NCBI GenBank assembly: GCA_030637965.1
Contig: DAOWFO010000019.1
Coordinates: 1-30,753, forward strand
Direction of reading: 5' to 3'
DNA: 30,753 bases
Origin: Thermoplasmata archaeon
GTDB lineage: Archaea; Thermoplasmatota; E2; DHVEG-1
Made by a program: the position numbers and the translations under genes. Shown here piece after piece: positions 8,894 through 17,760 of this stretch. The notes beneath the pieces are model-generated. The model was given only the letters and a program-made list of their open reading frames with translations. It was not told the origin of the DNA and searched no databases. The first letter of the stretch is position 1, and each line of letters opens with the position of its first letter.

Positions 8894-9843
8894 CGATTAT
8901 ATCCGCTCCCGGATGCGCCAATAACAGTTTTTAATGTTTGAAATCCTTCTTTCTCAAAAGCATTTGCAACCTCTTCTTGTAGTCCTCTACCCGGTGTTAG
9001 TGCAATCATATTCCCCCCTAAACCTCCTCCGGTAAGTTTTGCTCCAAAAGCACCATGATCACGTGCAACACCAACAAGGAAATCAAGTTCTTTTGATGAT
9101 ACTTCAATCTGTTGTAAAAGTTTATGATTTTCATTCATTAATTTACCGACTTCTCTATAATCCTCTTCTTGAAAAGCTCTCTTTGCTAAATAAGCAATAT
9201 TTTCAGCTCTGTTAAAAATTTCTTTGTATTTATTAGAATTTTTCTCTTTTCTCCCTCTAACCCCTTCTACGGCAGCATTTGTATCAGTTACCTTTCCAGT
9301 ATTTCCCATTACGATTTCTACTTGTGAAGGCAAAGAAATTTTTTCTATAACATTTGGATTAGTTTTTTCAAACCATATAAGCCCACCAAAAGTAGATGCG
9401 GTATTATCTACACCAGATGGCGTGCCATGATATCCTTTTTCTCCCTCATATGCAATATCGTTAATCTCATCATCTGACAAATCAAGAGCATAGTATTCTG
9501 AAAGGGCTCTTACCAATGCCACACATGATGCAGCACTAGCACCTATTCCACTTGCAGCATAAAGATTACCACTTAATTCAATTGCCACACCATCTTTAGA
9601 AAAATCGATATTCATCTTCTCTATAATATTCTTAATTGAAACTTTTTGTTGTTCTAACTTATCCTCTTTATATCCTGGCGTAGCCAATCTATTGTCATCA
9701 AGTTTCAACTCAGGAATCTCAAAGGGTGACACCCTCGCAACAGTGTATTTTCCTATTGCTGATACAATAGCTGGAACACCATATACAACAAAGTGTTCAT
9801 TAAATAAAATTACTTTACCAAAACCTATGCCCTCGCCCTTCAT
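8890..9843 (-). CDS. mvk: Mevalonate kinase (GHMP family)
   Basis: GKVILFNEHFVVYG, SGIGASAA, HGTPSGVDN, GAKLTGGGLGG. Probable start ATG 9843. Confidence 0.88.
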   Translation of the reverse strand: MKGEGIGFGKVILFNEHFVVYGVPAIVSAIGKYTVARVSPFEIPELKLDDNRLATPGYKEDKLEQQKVSIKNIIEKMNIDFSKDGVAIELSGNLYAASGIGASAASCVALVRALSEYYALDLSDDEINDIAYEGEKGYHGTPSGVDNTASTFGGLIWFEKTNPNVIEKISLPSQVEIVMGNTGKVTDTNAAVEGVRGRKEKNSNKYKEIFNRAENIAYLAKRAFQEEDYREVGKLMNENHKLLQQIEVSSKELDFLVGVARDHGAFGAKLTGGGLGGNMIALTPGRGLQEEVANAFEKEGFQTLKTVIGASGSGYNR

Positions 9844-10147
9844 ATATATCACATATATTATTTTGTAATATTCTTCTCATATGTTCATTTTTTACTACGT
9901 AATATAGAAATCAGTATTTCTTTTTTATCATTAAAGTAAAGCTTAGGTGGGCAAGTATATATGCAAGATTATGAATATATTTTTCGATTTTTAACTACTC
10001 CGTTCACCCTAAAGAAATATTATCTTAAAATTAGATTGCAAATAAATTCTACTGATAGCCTTCCAAACTTATGTATTCAATATACTTTTTAATGAATATA
10101 AAGTTAAACGTTAAATTCTAAATATTTTAAAATTCATACATGTTCAG

Positions 10148-10714
10148 ATGAAGAAAGATCTTCGTAAAGAGTTGTTGAAAAAGAGAAAAAGTTTATCGAA
10201 TTTAGATGTGTTAAAGAAAAGTAGTCAAATTGAAAAAAGACTTTTTAAAATGAATGAATACAAGAAATCACAGATGATTCTATATTATATTTCATATGAT
10301 AATGAGGTTTGTACCCATTATATGATTAAAAATAGCTTGTTAGAAGGGAAAAACGTAGTTGTACCATTATCTAATAAAAAAAACATAACGCTGATTTTAT
10401 CAAAATTGGATAAATGGGATGATCTTAAAATTGGTTCCTATAAAATACTAGAACCGAAAAAAGAATATATAAAAAGAGTTTCAATCGATAAAATTGATTT
10501 AATCATTGTTCCCGGCGTGGGGTTTGATAAACAAGGAAATAGAATTGGACATGGGATAGGATACATCGATAAATTATTGCAAGATTCTAATTATGCAAGT
10601 CACATCGGCCTAGCTTTTGAACTACAAATAGTTGACAGTATATCAACAGAAAAACATGACATCTCAGTAAACAAAATTATCACGGAAAAAAGAATTATAA
10701 ACTGTTCTGAGTGA
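10148..10714 (+). CDS. 5-formyltetrahydrofolate cyclo-ligase
   Basis: K..LRK N-terminus, Y.SYDNEV.T, ILEP, DLIIVPGVGFD..GNRIGHGIGYID. Confidence 0.93.
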   Translation: MKKDLRKELLKKRKSLSNLDVLKKSSQIEKRLFKMNEYKKSQMILYYISYDNEVCTHYMIKNSLLEGKNVVVPLSNKKNITLILSKLDKWDDLKIGSYKILEPKKEYIKRVSIDKIDLIIVPGVGFDKQGNRIGHGIGYIDKLLQDSNYASHIGLAFELQIVDSISTEKHDISVNKIITEKRIINCSE

Positions 10715-10749
10715 CATCGAAAATAATTGCTAAGAATTTTTTCTCTATT

Positions 10750-11880
10750 CTAAGTGACAATTTTCTTAAGTTTATCCTCTTCTATTGCTTTTTTAATCTC
10801 CATTGATATCCGTTCACCATAGCTAATCGAATCTCCGTAAAGATAACCAGAATGGGGTGTGAATCGAGTTAGTGGACTTCCTGGTATTCTCATTGAAACG
10901 TCAAAAACAACCATTTCTTCTCTACCCTTATCAGCTGCTATTGCTCCCTGAAGTGCAAATGGTCCAATGATACCTGGAGGAAATTCTTTTTGTGTTGTTT
11001 TTACAAATTTTTCTCCTAATTCAAAGATTTTCTCAATAATAGATTCTTTGGTAGTTGCTGCAATGTGGCCTGTCTCGATTATTTTAGGTTTTATATATTT
11101 TAAAACTCCTAATTGCTCATTAGCAGGAAGTCTAATTAGTCCATCAAGGTTAGTTTGTCTTCTCGTATCTGTCCCCATTATCTCTAGTTCATCATCAACT
11201 GCCGAATAGAAATAATTGAAATTAACCTGAGCACCAATAACATATTCCTCAATTATTGCTTTTTCAAGCGATTCTTTTGTTATCAATTTTTTCTTAAATA
11301 ATTCATCTGATTTTTTCTTGTAATCCTCAAAATCAATTGCATAGAAAAAAGCTCTTTCATAGCCGCGAATAGCTTCATTTACTTTCACAATAACAAGTCT
11401 ATCAATATCTTTTGGTGATTTGATTATTTTCGGAAATCTTATCCCAGCTTTTTCTAATAGGTAATATTGATTATGTGGAACATCTCTTTCTTCGAGTTTT
11501 AACATACCTCTAGTTCCATAAATTGGTACCCTGAAATTTTTTTCAATATCATTGAAATCAAAATAAACCCAGAAATATCTGTTGTGTATGAAAATTGTAT
11601 TTCTTCTTCGTAATTCTTTTTGAACCTCTTGTTTTGTTATATCTGCAAATTTTTTTAGAATAATAGTTTCATCGATACAACCTCTCCCGTCATTACGAGT
11701 TTTATAATATTTTGTGTATGTCTTCTCTCGGCCTTTTTGACATACTGCAATTGTTCGAAAACCATGTTTTTTAGCTCCTCTACAAACATCAAGACCTGAA
11801 TGGCCACCTAAAACACCTATTGTGATTCTTTTCTTATCATATGAATTTACTAATTCCTGTATTTTTTTCCTTTCTATCAT
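10750..11880 (-). CDS. purP: PurP-family ATP-grasp formate:AICAR ligase (FAICAR synthetase or PurP-like)
   Basis: GGHSGLDV..GAK..GFRT, RGYERAFF, IEEYVIG, GIIGPFALQG, RIPGSP. Probable start ATG 11880. Confidence 0.85.
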   Translation of the reverse strand: MIERKKIQELVNSYDKKRITIGVLGGHSGLDVCRGAKKHGFRTIAVCQKGREKTYTKYYKTRNDGRGCIDETIILKKFADITKQEVQKELRRRNTIFIHNRYFWVYFDFNDIEKNFRVPIYGTRGMLKLEERDVPHNQYYLLEKAGIRFPKIIKSPKDIDRLVIVKVNEAIRGYERAFFYAIDFEDYKKKSDELFKKKLITKESLEKAIIEEYVIGAQVNFNYFYSAVDDELEIMGTDTRRQTNLDGLIRLPANEQLGVLKYIKPKIIETGHIAATTKESIIEKIFELGEKFVKTTQKEFPPGIIGPFALQGAIAADKGREEMVVFDVSMRIPGSPLTRFTPHSGYLYGDSISYGERISMEIKKAIEEDKLKKIVT

Positions 11881-11936
11881 AAACAATCCCCCTATATTCT
11901 AATAATATGTATTTCTTTTTTAGTTTGTTGGAATAA

Positions 11937-13799
11937 TTATTTAAATTTCGGTCTTTTTGACAAATATACAGGAAGTGGCAATTTCTGTTGTGGGAATTCC
12001 ATAGTCTGTTTAATTATTAGATCATTTAATTCCTTTATAGAGTAAAACCTGTCATTTTCTCCAACACTGTTACTTCTAAAGCGTGGTGTAAATAATTTTT
12101 CTTTTCGCTCTTTGTCCCCCACAACAATAATTATTGGTATCCATTCTTTTTCTGCATCACGAATCTTTCTACCGACGCTTTCTTCTCGATCATCTATATC
12201 TGATCTTATAATGAAATGAGAAGATATATCATCTAACTCATTTATAAAACTCTCACAATCAGTAACAAATTCATCTTTAACAGGTAGGAATCTAATTTGT
12301 ATTGGTGAAATCCATAGTGGCAACATAGGTTTTATACCCTTTTTTATTTTTATTGCTTCTCGTTCAAGAAGCGCATAAAGACAGCGGTCAATGCTTCCCG
12401 ATATACTTGTATGTAGAATGTAAGGATATTGTTTCTTACCTTTTTCATCTGCGTAAGATATATCAAACCGTTCGGCATTTTCAACATCGATTTGAACAGT
12501 AGAGAGAGCACTTGCCTTTTTCATTGAATCAATAACATTGAATTCGAATTTCATAACAAAATAAAAATATCTTTCATCCCAAATTTCAATCAGGATAGGT
12601 TTTCCTGCAAGTTTAGCTAGATTCTGGGCTAATTTTTTGTTATTATCATAAAATTCCCTAACAAATCTAAAAGCAACCTCATGATCTAGTTCAAGATCTT
12701 CCATCCATTTCATTGAAGTTATAAACTGTTTTTCAAATTCCTTCGTCGCCTGACATATTTCTGAACAAAACGTATGTAAATCTGGCATAGTGAAACATCT
12801 AAGACGTTTCAGACCGCTTGTTTCACCACTCTGTTCTCTTCTGAAACTATAATGCGTGAGTTCATAAAGTCTCAATGGCAGATTTCGGTATGATATTGTC
12901 ATGTCTTTTGCTATCATGTACTGCCCAAAACATGCTGCAAAACGAAGGAAATATTCTCTATCGTCTGATCTAACTCTATATTGTCGCGCTGGGAATTTCT
13001 TTAAGTAAGCACTCAAAGCAGGATGTTCGAGATCATACATTATCGGTGTTTCTACCTGCATCCCTCCAATGTCTCCGACCATATTGTTGATGTGTTGCTC
13101 CAGAAGTCCTTTAATCATCCTACCCTTAGGATACCATCTAAAATTTCCCGAATCACTTGCAGATTCGTAGTCAACGAGTTCAAGCGATTGCATCATTTTA
13201 ACGTGAGGGGGTTCACCCTCTGACTTACGTTTTCCTTTACTTTCGTATTCATATAATAGTTTAAGTTCTTCATAATCAGAGAAATCAAACTTATCAGCAT
13301 CTATAAGTTCTCCCTCAAGAGTCAAGATATACCATTGAGATTTAATCTCCCTTTCAATTTCTTCTGATTTTTTCTCCTTACTGAGAGTAATATCTCTTGA
13401 TAGCTCTGACAAAGGATGACCTTTACATGAAATTTTAAATGATTTATACCATCCAAAAGGAGATCGTTTAACGTTGAAATCTTTGTTTTTTAATTCATAT
13501 TCAATTTCAACAAAAATCTCTTTTGCAACCTTTGGCCCCCCCAAATCAGAGGAAAGGTGTGCATATGGATAAATCATTATATTCCTAACTTTAAGTTGTT
13601 CTGCTGTTTTTTCGATTTCTGAAACTGCATCTATAACAACTTGTCGTGGAGATTTTTCATCATTTTTTTCCACAGCAATAAATACCGTCAAAGCTTCTTC
13701 CAATCTATCATTTTTTTGTGATATCTCTTCTGGATTTGAGATGGCCTTATCCTTTACCTCGTATTCAATATAATCGCTATGTATAAGTAGTAATTTCAT
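11937..13799 (-). CDS. thrS: Threonyl-tRNA synthetase, archaeal type with N-terminal DTD-like editing domain
   Basis: MKLLLIHSDY, YPYAHLSS, PFGWYKSF, GHPLSELSR, LRFAACFGQ, FRREQSGE, FTMPDLH, QIDVEN. Confidence 0.97.
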   Translation of the reverse strand: MKLLLIHSDYIEYEVKDKAISNPEEISQKNDRLEEALTVFIAVEKNDEKSPRQVVIDAVSEIEKTAEQLKVRNIMIYPYAHLSSDLGGPKVAKEIFVEIEYELKNKDFNVKRSPFGWYKSFKISCKGHPLSELSRDITLSKEKKSEEIEREIKSQWYILTLEGELIDADKFDFSDYEELKLLYEYESKGKRKSEGEPPHVKMMQSLELVDYESASDSGNFRWYPKGRMIKGLLEQHINNMVGDIGGMQVETPIMYDLEHPALSAYLKKFPARQYRVRSDDREYFLRFAACFGQYMIAKDMTISYRNLPLRLYELTHYSFRREQSGETSGLKRLRCFTMPDLHTFCSEICQATKEFEKQFITSMKWMEDLELDHEVAFRFVREFYDNNKKLAQNLAKLAGKPILIEIWDERYFYFVMKFEFNVIDSMKKASALSTVQIDVENAERFDISYADEKGKKQYPYILHTSISGSIDRCLYALLEREAIKIKKGIKPMLPLWISPIQIRFLPVKDEFVTDCESFINELDDISSHFIIRSDIDDREESVGRKIRDAEKEWIPIIIVVGDKERKEKLFTPRFRSNSVGENDRFYSIKELNDLIIKQTMEFPQQKLPLPVYLSKRPKFK

Positions 13800-13813
13800 A
13801 GAATCGAACCATA
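13797..13813 (-). other. tRNA T-arm-like hairpin overlapping the thrS AUG
   Basis: Minus strand UAUGG-UUCGAUU-CUAUG: 5-bp stem (2 G.U) around a 7-nt T-loop consensus closed by G-C. Confidence 0.3.
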
Positions 13814-13856
13814 TAAAACGAGTTAACGTTTTTAAAGATAATGATTAAATTTTTTA

Positions 13857-13938
13857 ATGGGGGAGGCGGCGGAGGTGTTAAACACCGTTAATAAAAAAAA
13901 TTTTAATTTGATCTTCTTGCAATCCCATCTCTCCGCCT
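13857..13938. other. GC-rich structured element upstream of thrS
   Basis: GGCGGAG 13868-13874 pairs with CTCCGCC 13931-13937. Internal hairpin GGTGT-TAA-ACACC 13874-13886. Alternative pairing ATGGGG 13857-13862 with TCCCAT 13923-13928. Confidence 0.45.
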
Positions 13939-13962
13939 GAGAATATACATATAATATATAAT

Positions 13963-13977
13963 ATAATAAAGTTTCGG
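13963..13977 (-). promoter_or_regulatory. BRE/TATA-like archaeal promoter
   Basis: Minus strand CCGAAAC-TTTATTAT, positioned about 25 nt before the structured element. Confidence 0.45.
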
Positions 13978-13988
13978 AAAAGCAGTTT

Positions 13989-14375
13989 CTACTTTTTTAA
14001 TTTTTTTTCTTTCTTAATCTCAGCTTTTGCTTTTTTCTTTTCAATTTTCAAACGTTCTTTTTCAAGTTGAGATTCTATTTTTTTATACTCTACTTCATCT
14101 GTAGATGAATGCATTGTTACTGATTTTACATCTGCGGAAAGCCCAGTACGATATCTATAAGTGAAAATTAGAGCAACCAACATATACCCAACAAGTATAG
14201 CACCAACAAATAATATAATTCGATCATCAACATTTATTTCAGAGGCTTCTATAAAAATTCTTATTGCAAGCAATATCGCAAGTAGTATGGAACCAGCCCA
14301 TGCATGATGCTTTGAAATTGCATATCTTTTTTTATATTCCAATAATCTTTTTGCATCCATATCATCACTAAACAT
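13989..14375 (-). CDS. Hypothetical two-TM membrane protein with Lys/Glu-rich C-terminal coil
   Basis: 128 aa ORF with two hydrophobic segments; codirectional with neighbours. Confidence 0.75.
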   Translation of the reverse strand: MFSDDMDAKRLLEYKKRYAISKHHAWAGSILLAILLAIRIFIEASEINVDDRIILFVGAILVGYMLVALIFTYRYRTGLSADVKSVTMHSSTDEVEYKKIESQLEKERLKIEKKKAKAEIKKEKKLKK

Positions 14376-14423
14376 TGTTGATTGGCATATTGAAATTAAA
14401 AATATTAACTATTATTATCTTTA

Positions 14424-14648
14424 TTATTCTTTCTTAATCACTTTCTCTGCAACAGAGACACAAGCCAAATAGTCATCCAGAGTATGAAGAAGAGAAGAAA
14501 TGGAATTACATTCGATATGGGTTTCTAATTTCTTCCCATTGATTTGTGATTTTACAAAATTTAAATTATCAACTTCAATTGATTTTAGAACTGTCATTGC
14601 TTTTTTTACATCATCATATTTGATGCTTACATCACATGTAATATTCAT
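14424..14648 (-). CDS. pcc1: KEOPS complex subunit Pcc1
   Basis: 74 aa; A..V.KSIEVDN...SSLLHTLDDYLACVSVAE pattern; directly after the DHH gene as in the conserved archaeal cluster. Confidence 0.85.
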   Translation of the reverse strand: MNITCDVSIKYDDVKKAMTVLKSIEVDNLNFVKSQINGKKLETHIECNSISSLLHTLDDYLACVSVAEKVIKKE

Positions 14649-14650
14649 AC

Positions 14651-15994
14651 TTATACCTTCAGTTGCTTAGAAATAATCATGTTTGTTTTATCAAAAAAAT
14701 CTTTTTCCTTTTTAGAGTTTATTGTTGCACCAGCAGCAATTTTATGACCCCCTCCTTTACCGTTTAGATTTGTTGCAATTTCCCTCATAGCAGAGCCCAA
14801 ATCTAGCCCATTACTTACTAAAAATTGATTTCCTCTACAAGAAATATGTGTTTCATCTTCCTTTCTTGCAAGGGAAAACAAAGGCTTTTTTTTATCGAGA
14901 ATAAAGTTAGTTGCAATACCTCCAATTACACCACCTAACGAAGATCTATTGCTATAGAAATATCGAAAATATTTCTTCTCTATAACGCCATCCTTTTCAA
15001 GTTTTAACAATTCATCTAGAATATCTTTCTTATAATTCCGTTCTAGTTTTACTGCTTTATTAAAAGAATTTTTATCTCCTAAACATACAGCAAGTCCAAG
15101 TCCGCGATTTCCACCCTTCCCACATGCATCAAGTAAATCTGCAAAACGTTCCAATTCACATTGAAGAGCTTCAGACCAAAAACGTTTCCTTATTACTGTA
15201 TCAAGAATATTTTTTTCGCAACCCTTTTTTATCAAATTAAAAAGTAATAAGGACTGGAGTTTTCTTTTCTGCTCATCATTAAGATCTTCAATTTTTGCTT
15301 TTTTATCTAGATCCAAATGTTCTAACAGTTCATTTATTGCTTCTTTGTTTCCCGATATACCTACATAAAAGGGATCAACAGAATAATATAAAGCATCAAA
15401 AAGTGATTCGCCATAAAGTTTTATTCCAGTAAATTTCGTTAAAAATCCATTTTTCAAAGCATCTTCCAAAATAGTTTTATTATATCCTCTTATATTACCA
15501 ATATACTGTTTATCACCTGTAGCACCAGCAAGTGCAAGTGGTGCTAAATCCATATTTTCCTGATTAATAGCTTTTACAATAGAAAAACTCAAACTCGCCC
15601 CAGATGCCTCATAGTTGCCATTAATTTTACAGAGATTTGCATTTATTTGAAGGATATCATCACTAGTTTTAGATTTTTGGACCTGATGATGATCAATAAT
15701 AATTGCCTTACAATTGAGATGCTCAATGGTTTCTATCTGACCACTACCCATATCAGAAAAAATAATAATTTCATTTTCCTCTTTTTTTATACGTTCTAAA
15801 CCTTGTGTAAAAGGATTTCTCATAAGACTGACATGAAAATCATATCCCTCGCGGTTAAGAGCGGTACAAATAATTCCAGCCGCTGAAATTCCATCAGCAT
15901 CGTAATGTGAAATAATTCGAAATCTAGTAGATTTTGGAGTAGATAGTATAATCTTTGCTGCTTTTCTGCTCAAATCTAGTACATTTTCTTCCAT
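14651..15994 (-). CDS. RecJ-like DHH/DHHA1 phosphoesterase
   Basis: HYDADG, FSDMGSG, IDHH, GGGHKIAAG motifs. Confidence 0.92.
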   Translation of the reverse strand: MEENVLDLSRKAAKIILSTPKSTRFRIISHYDADGISAAGIICTALNREGYDFHVSLMRNPFTQGLERIKKEENEIIIFSDMGSGQIETIEHLNCKAIIIDHHQVQKSKTSDDILQINANLCKINGNYEASGASLSFSIVKAINQENMDLAPLALAGATGDKQYIGNIRGYNKTILEDALKNGFLTKFTGIKLYGESLFDALYYSVDPFYVGISGNKEAINELLEHLDLDKKAKIEDLNDEQKRKLQSLLLFNLIKKGCEKNILDTVIRKRFWSEALQCELERFADLLDACGKGGNRGLGLAVCLGDKNSFNKAVKLERNYKKDILDELLKLEKDGVIEKKYFRYFYSNRSSLGGVIGGIATNFILDKKKPLFSLARKEDETHISCRGNQFLVSNGLDLGSAMREIATNLNGKGGGHKIAAGATINSKKEKDFFDKTNMIISKQLKV

Positions 15995-16487
15995 GTTATA
16001 AATTATAACTATCTACTATCTTAAAAAGATAGTATTAAATTTTTTTACTATATTATATACTTGGGTAATTGACACTTTTTTCATTATCTTATTTTCCAAT
16101 CCTATATACCCATAATAGAATCGTTTTAAAAACTTTAGTATAAAAAAGGAAGAGAAATTAAATTTTCGCGATTAAAGATATTCTTATTATAGGAATGAAT
16201 ATTGAATGTGTGATTTTCTTTTAAAGTATCATCTGAATTAAAATATCTCAAATAAATAACTGTTGATACAAGTATTGTAAATAATACTCATTCTATTGGT
16301 ATTTTTATGAGTTGTTCGGCTTCTCTCATATTTGATATTATCATATTTTTCTTTTATTCGATATTTCCTAGTAAGAAGTCATATTTCTATCATCCTTATT
16401 AAGAACGAATAAACGTTTTATAAATTCGTCATATGCCGATATAATAAACGGCAAATATAAATATCATTAATTACAAAGATATCATTA

Positions 16488-16558
16488 GAGGTGGGTCAAA
16501 AATATTCAGATTTTTATATTTCCTCCTTTAATATTTTTATTTTTAGCCGACCCATCTC
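16488..16558. other. Intergenic stem-loop
   Basis: GAGGTGGGTC 16488-16497 pairs with GACCCATCTC 16549-16558 (10 bp, 1 G.U on +) around an AT-rich spacer. Confidence 0.4.
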
Positions 16559-16681
16559 CTTCCTCCCAATAATAATACCCATGGTAATCCATTAATGTTA
16601 TTTTTTATAAAATGAATGACATCTTAAAATTTTGATGATATGGAAAAAAATTTGATTATTTTTTAATAATAAACCAAACAG

Positions 16682-16816
16682 ATGAATACAGTAAGATGTT
16701 ATAATTTCCAGATAGACATTGCCATTATTCAATTATTGTATGATGAATATATGAAGGAGCTTAAAACAAGAATTAGCGAAGTGATGGGGAAGTTACCTGA
16801 TTTATTTACCTATTGA
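16682..16816 (+). CDS. Possible 44-aa small protein
   Basis: MNTVRCYNFQIDIAIIQLLYDEYMKELKTRISEVMGKLPDLFTY; no clear SD or recognised homologue. Confidence 0.2.
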   Translation: MNTVRCYNFQIDIAIIQLLYDEYMKELKTRISEVMGKLPDLFTY

Positions 16817-16860
16817 ATATATATAATATTATTTTTTTATTAACCCTCTCTATTATATTC

Positions 16861-16935
16861 GGGAGAATGGGGGAAAGAGATTTTTATCTACCATCTCTCT
16901 CCTCTCTAAATTTCCATCAAATCCTCCATTCTCTC
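16861..16935. other. Intergenic nested stem-loop
   Basis: GGGAGAATGGGGG 16861-16873 pairs with CCTCCATTCTCTC 16923-16935 (13 bp, 2 G.U on +). Inner AAAGAGAT/ATCTCTCT pairing has one mismatch. Confidence 0.45.
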
Positions 16936-17310
16936 AATACTTTTCACGCCTCTCCTTTACCTATCCTCCCCTAATGATATATTAGCAAATTATCTAAATG
17001 AAAATTTTCTTTATAATAATTTTGAAATTATTAAGTTTGATAAATTAAATCTTTAATATCATAACCATTTTATTGCAAAATATTACTCAATTATTATTAC
17101 TGATGATAATATGAATTAAAATATTTCTATTAAATAAAGATCAAGTTCTGTTAATAACTATGAAATTATTGTTAATAGGATTATAATAATTCAAAAGAAA
17201 ACACTCATAATTGGAATTATGTTAGCTTTAAAACCAGTTTCATTAATCTCTTAATTCATTTCATTTTGATTTGCTATATTCTAACTCTTTCAAATCTTCA
17301 ATTATATTAA

Positions 17311-17496
17311 TTATTTTTTAACAATGTTTTCTTTACCAATAATTAGTTTGTGAATTTTATTTTCTTGTTTTTTCAATAATTTTGAAATTAACGACAAATC
17401 TTTTGGTTTTAAGAACGAGTTTAAATCTTGGTGTAAATCATAATTTCCTTCTTTAGTTATATCTATCCACAACTCAAAATCATGTTTTCTTACCAT
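17311..17496 (-). CDS. Hypothetical small protein (61 aa)
   Basis: ATG start, purine-rich upstream, protein-like composition; no motif recognised. Confidence 0.45.
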   Translation of the reverse strand: MVRKHDFELWIDITKEGNYDLHQDLNSFLKPKDLSLISKLLKKQENKIHKLIIGKENIVKK

Positions 17497-17760
17497 ATTC
17501 TATTCCACTTTCATAATTTTATTTATAATATTCCAAACAGGCGAATATATAAATACTTATTTGGATAATAGATATAGGCGTATTTGTCTCCAAGGAGATA
17601 TTTGATTTCATTATATTAATCATTTTGAGGTTCAATATGTGGATGAGTTTGTTTATGCTTATTTTTGGTATTCCATCCTTTTCACCATCATCATAGGTAT
17701 TTTTTAATTTGGATATATCTAATCACAAAAAATAATAGTCAATAATAAAAGATATAAATT

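Noticed and set aside
8890-9843. Other GHMP kinase (galactokinase, homoserine kinase, phosphomevalonate kinase)
   Set aside because: EH.VVYG.PAI and HGTPSGVDN are mevalonate-kinase-type motifs. The Asn in LFNEH (usually Gly) is noted but does not change the family call.
13790-13860. tRNA gene suggested by GGTTCGATTC
   Set aside because: No acceptor stem, D-arm or valid anticodon arm, and it overlaps the thrS start; kept only as a possible mimic.
13878-13928. Threonine leader-peptide attenuator or T-box
   Set aside because: The uORF contains no Thr codons, and no T-box AAUUNNGGUGGNACC-like motif is visible.
17250-17320. Frameshift extension of the 61-aa ORF (one extra A in the A6 run would add about 19 aa, IINIIEDLKELEYSKSK)
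   Set aside because: No homologue or slippery-site evidence; easily chance in AT-rich DNA.
15995-17760. Replication origin
   Set aside because: No repeated ORB-like motif recognised and no cdc6/orc1 gene in the window.
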